From positions 11,566-75,565 of IMG/VR virus record IMGVR_UViG_3300002916_000001: a stretch of 64,000 nt of DNA, one strand, 5' to 3'. A program made the position numbers and the translations under genes. The notes beneath the pieces were generated by a model. The model was given only the letters and a program-made list of their open reading frames with translations, was not told the origin of the DNA and did no database searches. The DNA is from a virus. Of this stretch, positions 1 through 8,185 are shown in pieces (within the stretch, counting starts at the first letter, position 1; the number at the start of each line of letters is the position of its first letter).

Positions 1-158
1 CTATTGCCAAGGAAAACACTGAGATTGTCAAAGAACTCCGCGCCCCTGTCACTGAAAAGTTCCGTGAGTCGATGAGGGAAGGGGAACAATTCGCAAGAGA
101 GGACTTGCTTAGAGGCATAGAAGTACAGCGAAAACTTAAGGAGGCAACAAATGAATAA
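1..158 (+). CDS. partial hypothetical protein (5' end outside window)
   Basis: Open frame from base 3 (IAKENTEIV...KEATNE*), with its stop overlapping the ATG at 151. Confidence 0.55.
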   Translation, partial: IAKENTEIVKELRAPVTEKFRESMREGEQFAREDLLRGIEVQRKLKEATNE

Positions 159-1377
159 CGAGATGCTACCGACACTTTTTGATCAAGAAGCTTCAATAGA
201 GACACAAGATGTTGATGAATTTCACTATGAGGTTCTTGACCTTGAAGACCGCGAATTTGTCCAAGAAAAGGAGTATGAGATACGTACTCACTGGACAAGG
301 GCGGCTAGCGAGATTTTAGCATCAGGGGAAAAGCTTCTGCTAGTACAAGACAGGTTAAAAAGAGCTAATGGGGGAATACACGGAAATTTTGAAGGATGGC
401 TAAAAAGGGTTGGATTAAGCAAGGGAAACGCTTTTTTTGCCATGAAAGCCTATAACAGATTTGGGAATGAGAAAAAGTCTGTAATACAGACTTTTTCTTC
501 TGAGGTGGTTAGAGAATTGACCTATGCTTCCGATGAAATTGTTGATCAAGTAGTTTCGGGTGATGTGCATCCCACAGTCAAAGCCATACGAGAGGCAAAG
601 AAAGCAGAGAAAGAGGCAAAGGAAGAAGCAGAGGAAGCCAGGAAAGCAGTAACTAAGGCTAAGGCGGATGCCAGAGCAGCACAACAACAACTTACTCTCA
701 AAGAGGCATCTTTTCAGTCAGAATTTGAGGCACTGAAAGGGCAGTTTGAAGCAAAGATCCAAAAGCTAGAAGCGCTCACGACTCCTCAGATTGAAATTAG
801 GGAAATCGAAAAGGAAGTCCTACCTGAGTCTGTCAAAAACAACATAGCAGAGATGCAAGGCAAAATAGACGAATTACAGGCAGATCTTGACAAGACAAAG
901 GGGACGGTCCCACAAGAGACATTAGATCAAATGGAAATGCTTCAAACCCAGCTTGCAACATACAAAACGCTTGTTGATGCAAAAGAGAAAAGCCTTAACG
1001 AGATACGTGGGCACAACGCAAAGATAGCAGAGATGAACAAAAAGCTCTCTGAAGAGGCACGACTGATGTCCGCTGAAACACAAGCAGTGGTAGGCCGTGC
1101 TCGCATCCGGCAGAAATGGAGAGAAGACACAAAAGACCTCCACGTAGCCATAGCCAAGTTTGTTTCTGAGATCCCTTCCCTGATCGACCAGGAGTCCCTA
1201 GAAGGCGATGATTGGGCAAGGCAAGGGCAATGCATCGAGATCCTGCAAAGAGCACTATCAGCTCTAGGACAGATGAGGAATAGCCAATCTGATCCGTTTG
1301 TCAATGCTTCTGTCGTTGATACAGCATTGAGCGTCAATGGGCATGACATAGTAGATGCAGAGGTGGTTCAGCGATGA
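151..1377 (+). CDS. DUF3102-like phage protein with long coiled coil
   Basis: N-terminal GEKLLLVQDRL..HGNFEGWLK..GLS..A...MK pattern typical of DUF3102; RBS AAGGAGG. Confidence 0.65.
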   Translation: MNNEMLPTLFDQEASIETQDVDEFHYEVLDLEDREFVQEKEYEIRTHWTRAASEILASGEKLLLVQDRLKRANGGIHGNFEGWLKRVGLSKGNAFFAMKAYNRFGNEKKSVIQTFSSEVVRELTYASDEIVDQVVSGDVHPTVKAIREAKKAEKEAKEEAEEARKAVTKAKADARAAQQQLTLKEASFQSEFEALKGQFEAKIQKLEALTTPQIEIREIEKEVLPESVKNNIAEMQGKIDELQADLDKTKGTVPQETLDQMEMLQTQLATYKTLVDAKEKSLNEIRGHNAKIAEMNKKLSEEARLMSAETQAVVGRARIRQKWREDTKDLHVAIAKFVSEIPSLIDQESLEGDDWARQGQCIEILQRALSALGQMRNSQSDPFVNASVVDTALSVNGHDIVDAEVVQR

Positions 1378-1592
1378 TGCAAGGCAAAGACCCGATCGAC
1401 ACTTTTGACAAGATGAAGGAAGAATACATCAAAATACAAGATAGGAGGATCAAAGGCCTTAAGCGAACAATTGCGGCACTTGAGGAGACAATCGAATGCC
1501 ACAAGGAAGAGATTAAACACCAGAATGATTTTATGAATCTTTTAAGGCAGGAACTTGCCAAAAGTCGTCAACAACCGGAGGTTACCCAGTGA
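1374..1592 (+). CDS. hypothetical coiled-coil protein
   Basis: ATGA overlap with the upstream gene. Confidence 0.6.
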   Translation: MMQGKDPIDTFDKMKEEYIKIQDRRIKGLKRTIAALEETIECHKEEIKHQNDFMNLLRQELAKSRQQPEVTQ

Positions 1593-2083
1593 TCAAAAAT
1601 GGTAAGCAATGGTATGCCGACAATTTCCATGAACGCGCCCTTACCCATAAAGATGCTGTAGGATGGGCCTGTGAATGGTGTGGACGCAAGCACGGGGAAG
1701 AGTATAAACCCGATGCCATTCAGCTCCCTCTTCTAAAGAGTCGCAAGAAAAGGCCCAAAAGAAAGGTAGTGGTCGTGGCACACCACCCCAACTACGATAC
1801 AGAAAACCCAGATGCCGAATTGATTATACTCTGCAAGGCGTGTCACGGAAAAGCACAGAGACAGCATAACCGCGAAGCAAATCAAAAAAATGCCGATGAC
1901 AAGAGGAAAGAAAAGCTGCTAGGTGAGACACGGGATGCAATGGATAATGGTCAATTAGAATTGGCATTTGGAGAGTATGAATACCCTATCCTGCAGATTG
2001 ACTTCCCTATCACGCCTTTCCTGCAATCCGTACCATTGGAGAATGACTTATCCACATCTCATCCACATGTTCACAACTCATAG
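1589..2083 (+). CDS. HNH endonuclease-like protein
   Basis: CEWCG...VAHH...N...LCKACH motif. Confidence 0.7.
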   Translation: MIKNGKQWYADNFHERALTHKDAVGWACEWCGRKHGEEYKPDAIQLPLLKSRKKRPKRKVVVVAHHPNYDTENPDAELIILCKACHGKAQRQHNREANQKNADDKRKEKLLGETRDAMDNGQLELAFGEYEYPILQIDFPITPFLQSVPLENDLSTSHPHVHNS

Positions 2084-2098
2084 AAAGCGAGGATATCA

Positions 2099-2500
2099 AT
2101 GAGTACGGACAGACCAGTAGTAACAGGCACTGAGTCGCAACTAAAAGATATTGCAGAGGCCCGTCTAACAAGGGAATATGGAGAAGCGCGCAACAACATA
2201 AGCCCTGGATTGCGTTGGTTAACCGGTGATCCCCATCACATTCCACTCTATCTTGATCATCCAGAATACCGCATCAAGGACGGGGAAAGAACGGTAAATG
2301 CCAATCCATACGGCCTAGACCTAGAAGACTTGGAGTCTCTTGTAAAGCTAGCAAAAAGCAAAAAGTTGTATCTTTACATAGAACCGATATCAAACTACAA
2401 CACGGGCACAGTGCTTGTTGTTCTTACAGAGACAAGTTCGTCAGTGCAGAATCAGCGCGCTGCAAGGCTTAGATCACAGGAAAGCGAGGCCCCGCAATGA
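2099..2500 (+). CDS. hypothetical protein
   Basis: RBS GAGGA; operon context. Confidence 0.6.
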   Translation: MSTDRPVVTGTESQLKDIAEARLTREYGEARNNISPGLRWLTGDPHHIPLYLDHPEYRIKDGERTVNANPYGLDLEDLESLVKLAKSKKLYLYIEPISNYNTGTVLVVLTETSSSVQNQRAARLRSQESEAPQ

Positions 2501-2715
2501 CCAACACCGACAACCCCGATCACATCGACTTCACCGAATCACTCTTGCAGGAGCAATTCATCCGCTCTGCGATGGAGCCTGCAGCTGAGAACCTCACTGC
2601 CATCCGCGAGGATATCCAGGACTTCACGGCATCATTCGACGAGAACGCTAAGGCGTGCGATGAGGAAGCAGCGAAAAGGGAGGAGATCAGCCATAAAAGC
2701 GTTAACACCTTCTGA
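2497..2715 (+). CDS. small acidic hypothetical protein
   Basis: ATGA overlap with the previous gene. Confidence 0.45.
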   Translation: MTNTDNPDHIDFTESLLQEQFIRSAMEPAAENLTAIREDIQDFTASFDENAKACDEEAAKREEISHKSVNTF

Positions 2716-2935
2716 GATATATATCTTAAAGCTTCTCGCAATTGGAAAATCAGGGTATGAAATCGAGAAGGAATTACATATTACCAAGAATACGCTCTAT
2801 GCCCATATATATGGAATCAAGAATAAAACGGGCATTAGAAACCGGATACTCCTCGCATTCTATGCGTATGGAAACGGATATATCACAAGCGACGAGATTA
2901 AAGCAGCGATAAGAAAAGAAAGAGGTATCACGTGA
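2660..2935 (+). CDS. LuxR/GerE-type HTH regulator
   Basis: LTPSEIYILKLLAIGKSGYEIEKELHITKNTLYAHIYGIKNKTGIRNR. Confidence 0.8.
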   Translation: MRKQRKGRRSAIKALTPSEIYILKLLAIGKSGYEIEKELHITKNTLYAHIYGIKNKTGIRNRILLAFYAYGNGYITSDEIKAAIRKERGIT

Positions 2936-3147
2936 GCAGCGATAGGCTCTCTATCCTTCCGGATACTGTTGGCGAAATCAAAAATCGAACTCGCGATGGA
3001 AGATAACCTATTCCTGCTTTGAGCTTGGGAAACCAATTCGCCAACAGTATCCTTCCGGGTGAATTTGGCTGTAAAATCGTAGCATCAGAGCATAGCTATG
3101 CCTCTCATTGGGTGCGAAGATGGCAGCGCAGGGCATTTGTAAAATAA
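2932..3147 (+). pseudogene. 39-aa ORF interrupted by a MITE
   Basis: Removing 2963-3058 gives MSSDRLSILPGEFGCKIVASEHSYASHWVRRWQRRAFVK*; GTGA overlap with the LuxR stop. Confidence 0.5.
2963..3050. mobile_element. 88-bp MITE
   Basis: Perfect 14-bp TIR ATACTGTTGGCGAA/TTCGCCAACAGTAT flanked by 8-bp direct repeat CCTTCCGG (2955-2962, 3051-3058). Confidence 0.75.
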
Positions 3148-3196
3148 ACAACATCTGCTCAAAATTGCAAATAAAAAAACTGCCCTCCCTGGCAGT

Positions 3197-3871
3197 TCAG
3201 TCATCTAGGCAATCTGGGTCCCATTCCACAGGAGGACTGTCATCATCTGCCCACCACTCGCACGGCGGCAACTTTTGTGGCATGTTTGGGAAATCATCGA
3301 GAAACTTATCTGCACGGCAACACAACATCACATCTCTGCGATCTATCAATGTGCGCTTGATCAATGTTCCCCCGATGCTATGGCACGCGGGGCAGCACGC
3401 TTTGCTGTCCCAGCGCATCTCAGCAGCGAGTTCCCTGCAACCCATTGGCGGCGCAAGGAAAAACTTTGCTGCACTGCCCTCCCCTGTCCGGGAGAGGCAG
3501 AGCCTGCCACGATCAAGCAGCGTATTCACGGCGTCACGGCGCATCATGGCAGACACGGTAGGCTCATTGTAGTCGTGGGTATCATAGCCATGATCTTCGA
3601 GAAAGAGAGAGAACTCAGCGAGGGAGGCGGATTCGATGGTGCGTTTGTAGCCATTGATGCCAAAGAAAGTCCTTGGCTGGTCGACGATCTTGCAATGCTG
3701 CACGAGGCATTCCGTTGCATTGGCAGGGGGACACCATGTGCCCGTGGATTTTTTTGCGAGAGGCTTGAATTGCTGTAGTGCAGGAAATTGCATTGTCGGA
3801 AATTCGGACAAGATAATCGCTGCATATTCATCAGTCGGAATCAATTGACCGGAGGGAGTGAGTACAGGCAT
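3197..3871 (-). CDS. hypothetical protein with C-terminal CCxxCH...CC metal-binding motif
   Basis: RBS GAAGGAG before ATG 3871; motif shared with 33709..34119. Confidence 0.65.
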   Translation of the reverse strand: MPVLTPSGQLIPTDEYAAIILSEFPTMQFPALQQFKPLAKKSTGTWCPPANATECLVQHCKIVDQPRTFFGINGYKRTIESASLAEFSLFLEDHGYDTHDYNEPTVSAMMRRDAVNTLLDRGRLCLSRTGEGSAAKFFLAPPMGCRELAAEMRWDSKACCPACHSIGGTLIKRTLIDRRDVMLCCRADKFLDDFPNMPQKLPPCEWWADDDSPPVEWDPDCLDD

Positions 3872-4145
3872 GGGAATTCTCCTTCGGCCACATCCTTGTG
3901 GATTATTCCGCGCCACCCTTGCCACAACTTAGCAAAAATATTTTTTGAGTATACACCTTTTATGTAACGTTAGGCAAGATCCGATAGGCTATACATCGTA
4001 CGGCAGACAGACACAGCGTGCTATGAAAAATTGCACTTTTAAAGTATTGCGCATTCCACATATTGCATAGATACATTCAAATATTGCACAAAAAAGCGAG
4101 GATGTTCCTTGATCTCAGAGCATCCTCGCTGCACTTCGTGGATGG

Positions 4146-5252
4146 TCAATGCCTTACTTGGGCTGCCTGGATGGCCCTCCCTGCCTCTTCCCTGGAAAGC
4201 CCTGCCTTCTGTGCAAGTCCAAGCTGTCCAAGGCGTTGCAGTGCGCGTCGCTGCGGCATGTTTGCCGTGCCAACGATATTGCCTAGCTCTGCGTCTGGCA
4301 GTGGCTTCAAGGAATTCGATGGTTGGGGCTTCGCTGCAGGCTTGGCAACGGACTCCTCGCTATCGAAGGGATGATCAAAGTTCTCCCCGAAGTCACTGGC
4401 ATCCATTGAAGCCTCAGTGAAATTCTCTGGCTCTTCAGTGCTGCCATTGACGCCTGCGTAGATGTCATTGGTGACTTGGAGGCTCCAAGCAACGGAGTCC
4501 TCAATTTCCCCCTTGATCAAAGGGAGATACTCCCCGACGTGATGGGCATCCAGGTAGTCATCGTCGACCTGGGCAGGGATTTCACTGACGATCGGGGAGA
4601 CGGGGCTTCCCTGATCTCCCTTTACCTGCATACGCTTTATACGTTTGCCGGGAACAAGCAAGAGGGAGAAGCCCCAGTACGGCGTCTTCGTGGCTTTGCC
4701 GTGCTTTTCCTGGAAGAGCTCATTGTTGGCACGGAGCACACGGTACTGACCGTCGCGTCCCAGGATCGGAAGCATGTCGCTTGCGAACTGGTTTTTTGCC
4801 ACAACGATCACAGGGCGAGGGGGATTGGACTCATCAAAGAATGGCAGCAGTTCTGCCACGAAGGCACGGAATTTCAATGTCTTGACATTTTTTACCTTAC
4901 CCTTGCCGTCGTCTTCCTTGTGCCATCCAAAGGCAACCCCCGCGCGCTTGGACTTATCATTCATTTCCTGCTCGGAGTGGCACCCTTTCGCTAGAATGAA
5001 GAGGGAAGCACCAGCTTTTCCACCGATCTGCCAGTACGTATTGAGCTTCGACTGCTCAATTTTGACCTGGGGCAGATTTGCAGCTGCGCACACTTTGTCG
5101 AGATAGGGATACTTCCCTGCTTCGATATGCCACCCGACCGTGGTATCTTCAGCGCCCTCACAGTCCCTCTGCGAAAACCACTGTAAGACGCCTTCTTCAA
5201 TGCCAGACTCAACAACATCATTGTCTTCACCGAAATCGTAACCGCTTGACAT
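4146..5252 (-). CDS. hypothetical protein, 368 aa (acidic linker; possible ssDNA-binding/recombination protein)
   Basis: Long ORF, RBS AAAGGGG, consensus promoter upstream; function is a guess. Confidence 0.65.
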   Translation of the reverse strand: MSSGYDFGEDNDVVESGIEEGVLQWFSQRDCEGAEDTTVGWHIEAGKYPYLDKVCAAANLPQVKIEQSKLNTYWQIGGKAGASLFILAKGCHSEQEMNDKSKRAGVAFGWHKEDDGKGKVKNVKTLKFRAFVAELLPFFDESNPPRPVIVVAKNQFASDMLPILGRDGQYRVLRANNELFQEKHGKATKTPYWGFSLLLVPGKRIKRMQVKGDQGSPVSPIVSEIPAQVDDDYLDAHHVGEYLPLIKGEIEDSVAWSLQVTNDIYAGVNGSTEEPENFTEASMDASDFGENFDHPFDSEESVAKPAAKPQPSNSLKPLPDAELGNIVGTANMPQRRALQRLGQLGLAQKAGLSREEAGRAIQAAQVRH

Positions 5253-5290
5253 GATAATTTCCCTTTCAATAAAAAAACTTAACTAAGAAG

Positions 5291-5337
5291 ATTATATCAC
5301 TTCTATCACAAAGTGTCAAGAGTTGGTTCAAATGAAA
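5291..5337 (-). promoter_or_regulatory. consensus sigma70 promoter with upstream TTTCA box
   Basis: TTGACA-17-TATAAT on the minus strand; 5302-5339 is identical (inverted) to 8097-8134 over 38 bp. Confidence 0.85.
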
Positions 5338-5382
5338 GACAATTCTCTTGAGACAAGGATAGAAGCCATGTTAGCAGGGAGC

Positions 5383-6024
5383 AGGAGCAATTTGAAGAAG
5401 CTCAAGAGGCTGGGATGCTCCCACTCTCGAAAAGCAAAGGGCGGCAAGAACCGCAAGAAAGCCGCTCGTAAATTGGCACGTCAGCATGCAAGAATAGCAC
5501 ATATCAGATCCGATGCATTGCACAAAGCAACTGCTCAAATCGTGGCGAAAACCAAGCTCGATAGCGAACGACCTAAGAGCATTGTGATAGAGGATCTGAA
5601 TGTGTCTGGCATGCTCAAAAATCGGAAATTGAGCAGGGCAATAGCTGATGTGGGACTCTACGAGTTCAGGCAGCAATTGACCTACAAAGCTGAGCAAGCC
5701 GGTTCTGCTGTCCATGTCATGAGCAGGTGGTATCCATCCTCTAAAACATGCTCTGGCTGTGGCTGGATAGATCATGACCAAACTCTTTCCGATCGGACAT
5801 TCATCTGTCATGAATGCGGAATCGTCCTTGATCGAGACTTGAATGCTGCTTTGAATTTGGCAGCGTCGGCATAACTTTTTGTACCGTGAGTTACACGGGA
5901 ACATAACGCCTCTGGAGAGAGTAGCTCTGGCTTGGATGAAAGTCCAAGTGAAACTACTCTCAGGGAAGGAGGAACCAGACATCGGATATGGCGTGTCCAT
6001 ATTTGTCTAAGTTCTGGATAACGG
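5383..6024 (+). mobile_element. tnpB: 5'-truncated IS607-like element: C-terminal TnpB fragment plus right end/omegaRNA region
   Basis: IVIEDLNVSGM, SSKTCSGCG, CHECG, DRDLNAALNL present; N-terminal half and first RuvC Asp absent; structured 3' region ends ...TAAGTTCTGGATAACGG. Confidence 0.8.
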
Positions 6025-6096
6025 ATTGGCAGGCAGGGCAAAAAGTGTCGAGAGTTGTTCCTGGCAAAAGAAAGAGGATGGTCAAAGAGGCCATCC

Positions 6097-6981
6097 TCAA
6101 TCCAGATCGATCTCCTCTTTGGGCTTGCGACGCTGCTTCAGCGGAATGTATTGGACGGGGAACAGAATGTTATTCCCAAGGTTGGCAACAGGATAGACCT
6201 TGCGGCCTTTCTTGGATATCGCATGCAGGGAAAGTATGCCACCTTGCTGCACTCCCCTTTTCGTTACTAGCTCACCACCCCATTGCGCTTCGATTTCAGG
6301 GATCTGCTTTGTCGACACCACGTCAACGACTTCTTCGACCTCTGGCATCTCTGGTGCCACATTGAATATCGGTGCTTTGAGCAGCGATTCCTCGCTGAAA
6401 CGCCAGGATTGGAAGATGCCGTTCTTGCCGGGCACTTTGCGGTCAATCGGAATCTTGCCGTTGTTGGGATCTGCCCAGTGGTAAAACAATCTTATATCAA
6501 TGCGCTCTTCACGTCCTTCCGCTGCCAGGCGTGCGTTGATCCAATTCCATGCTTCCTTTGATGTCATCAGGCTATCTGCAGCGAGGCGTGTCTTCTCCTC
6601 TTCGATAAGCAGGGGGACCAATTCATCGACATCTCTGGGTTCAAAGAGATGATCTCCATTGGCATCTGGTGAAGGTTTGATCCGCCCGCTATCGATAATC
6701 CGTGTGATCTGCGAGCTGTATTGGAACGATGGCAAGTGTTCCCTGATGCGGGCAAGGACCTGCTTCGGGGTAAGCAGCCTTGCAAGCTTCTTTTTCTGCT
6801 CAATGAGCTCAATGATGTCAGCGCGGGCAAAGCGCTTCAGTGGTCCCTTTGAGTTGGCGGGGACAATGTGCCCTCTGGTGACATAGTTATCCCATTCATA
6901 GTCCTTGATGGGACTTCCCAGTTCCCTGAAGAGTTCAATGGCTTGTCCCCGTGTCAGGGTTTCTTGCTTAATTTCTATCAT
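6097..6981 (-). CDS. multi-HTH (MerR/Xis-like) DNA-binding protein
   Basis: Three repeats of LT..Q/E(A/V)....G.I.P...F; RBS AAGGAGG before ATG 6981. Confidence 0.65.
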   Translation of the reverse strand: MIEIKQETLTRGQAIELFRELGSPIKDYEWDNYVTRGHIVPANSKGPLKRFARADIIELIEQKKKLARLLTPKQVLARIREHLPSFQYSSQITRIIDSGRIKPSPDANGDHLFEPRDVDELVPLLIEEEKTRLAADSLMTSKEAWNWINARLAAEGREERIDIRLFYHWADPNNGKIPIDRKVPGKNGIFQSWRFSEESLLKAPIFNVAPEMPEVEEVVDVVSTKQIPEIEAQWGGELVTKRGVQQGGILSLHAISKKGRKVYPVANLGNNILFPVQYIPLKQRRKPKEEIDLD

Positions 6982-7013
6982 GAATGTTCCTCCTTGTGCT
7001 TGCACGTGATTTA

Positions 7014-7118
7014 ATGATAACATAATCGACGCAAACCATCAACTATTGTTCCTAGTGAAAGACCACTGCCTTTCAACAGGAACAACTCTTGACACTTTGT
7101 CTATCTATGGAATATGCT
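7014..7118. promoter_or_regulatory. back-to-back promoters, each with a TTTCA-N4-GAACA box
   Basis: Minus: TTTCACTAGGAACAATAG-TTGATG-17-TATCAT; plus: TTTCAACAGGAACAACTC-TTGACA-18-TATGCT. Confidence 0.75.
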
Positions 7119-7148
7119 AAATCTCTATCCATCTCGGAGGCAACTACT

Positions 7149-7769
7149 ATGCACATCCAAATTCCTGCCAACCAACTCGTACTCATGGCACGGATGCCGA
7201 TGCCACCATCGATAAACCATGCCAAACGCGCGGGTGTCCGTGAGCGCAAGGACTACAGCGCAGCTGACTACCTTGCGGGCAAGAAGCCGTACTATGGCAC
7301 CACCTACACGGACCCCAAGGCAGATCTCTATAAGCAAGAGGCGCTGTGGATGCTTCGCTGTCCGTGCCCGCCCCAGTGGCAATCATGGCAAGAGCCTATG
7401 GCTGTCCGTGCACTCCGAGAAAATACAACGATCTGCCTGGATTTTGAGCTATGGGAGTTTTTTGCAGATAACAAGAGCGATGCAGACAACCGCGTCAAAG
7501 GATTCCAAGATATCCTTGCAGAGCATCTTGATATCGATGACAAAAGGATCATCGAGGGAAAGCAGCACAAGCGCGTCATTCCAGGATGTACGCCGTATGC
7601 CGTCGCGAAGCTTCGTGTCGCTGAAGTCACTGATGCCAAGGCAGAACAAGCAGAATTAGATGATATGTTAGTAAGTTTAACGGAGGAAAAGAACTATGGC
7701 AGTTTTACGGAAATACGAGCTTTCGCATCTTCCCCAACCATCGCCGACGCCGGAGCAGCGCGTCGCTGA
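7149..7769 (+). CDS. rusA: RusA-family Holliday junction resolvase
   Basis: PMPPSINH and DADNRVKGFQDIL...IDDKRI motifs. Confidence 0.75.
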   Translation: MHIQIPANQLVLMARMPMPPSINHAKRAGVRERKDYSAADYLAGKKPYYGTTYTDPKADLYKQEALWMLRCPCPPQWQSWQEPMAVRALRENTTICLDFELWEFFADNKSDADNRVKGFQDILAEHLDIDDKRIIEGKQHKRVIPGCTPYAVAKLRVAEVTDAKAEQAELDDMLVSLTEEKNYGSFTEIRAFASSPTIADAGAARR

Positions 7770-8076
7770 TTCGTGGCTCAATGCAATGCCACGCCCTGTT
7801 CCTCAGCGATCTTCAGAGATCGAGGAGATGGTGCACCGCGAAATATCCCTGCATTTCATGGCAACCCATGAACCCCCTGTGCAGCTTCGAATGAACCCCC
7901 TTGCTATTTTTCAGATGGAAGGTGAGCGATGGTACTCCTTCCCCTTCCTCGCCGAAACCCACGCCATCATTGGCATCCCTGTAGTCCCCGATCCCCATGT
8001 AGGCTTTAATGAAATACGCTGTATTGGCAGGGAAGATACCATGATGGCAGTGAAGTCAGTGGGGAAGCAGTGCTAG
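7696..8076 (+). CDS. hypothetical protein
   Basis: RBS GGAGG; ORF. Confidence 0.55.
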   Translation: MAVLRKYELSHLPQPSPTPEQRVADSWLNAMPRPVPQRSSEIEEMVHREISLHFMATHEPPVQLRMNPLAIFQMEGERWYSFPFLAETHAIIGIPVVPDPHVGFNEIRCIGREDTMMAVKSVGKQC

Positions 8077-8098
8077 GCACTGCCCTTGCCAATTTTTC

Positions 8099-8145
8099 TT
8101 TCATTTGAACCAACTCTTGACACTTTGTGATAGATGTGTTACTGT
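8099..8145 (+). promoter_or_regulatory. promoter of the helicase/primase operon
   Basis: TTTCA-13-TTGACA-17-TACTGT. Confidence 0.75.
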
Positions 8146-8185
8146 AGGAGTAGCATTTTCACATTTCGAAAGAAGGTTAAAAACA

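Noticed and set aside
4029-4090. Four ATTGC repeats in an AT-rich spacer as an origin or att site
   Set aside because: Irregular spacing and too short to support a call.
6021-6040. IS607 guide targeting the promoter at 24823 (GGATTGGCAGG) or the TMP near 60810
   Set aside because: Only 9-12 nt match, plausible by chance, and the TnpB is truncated.
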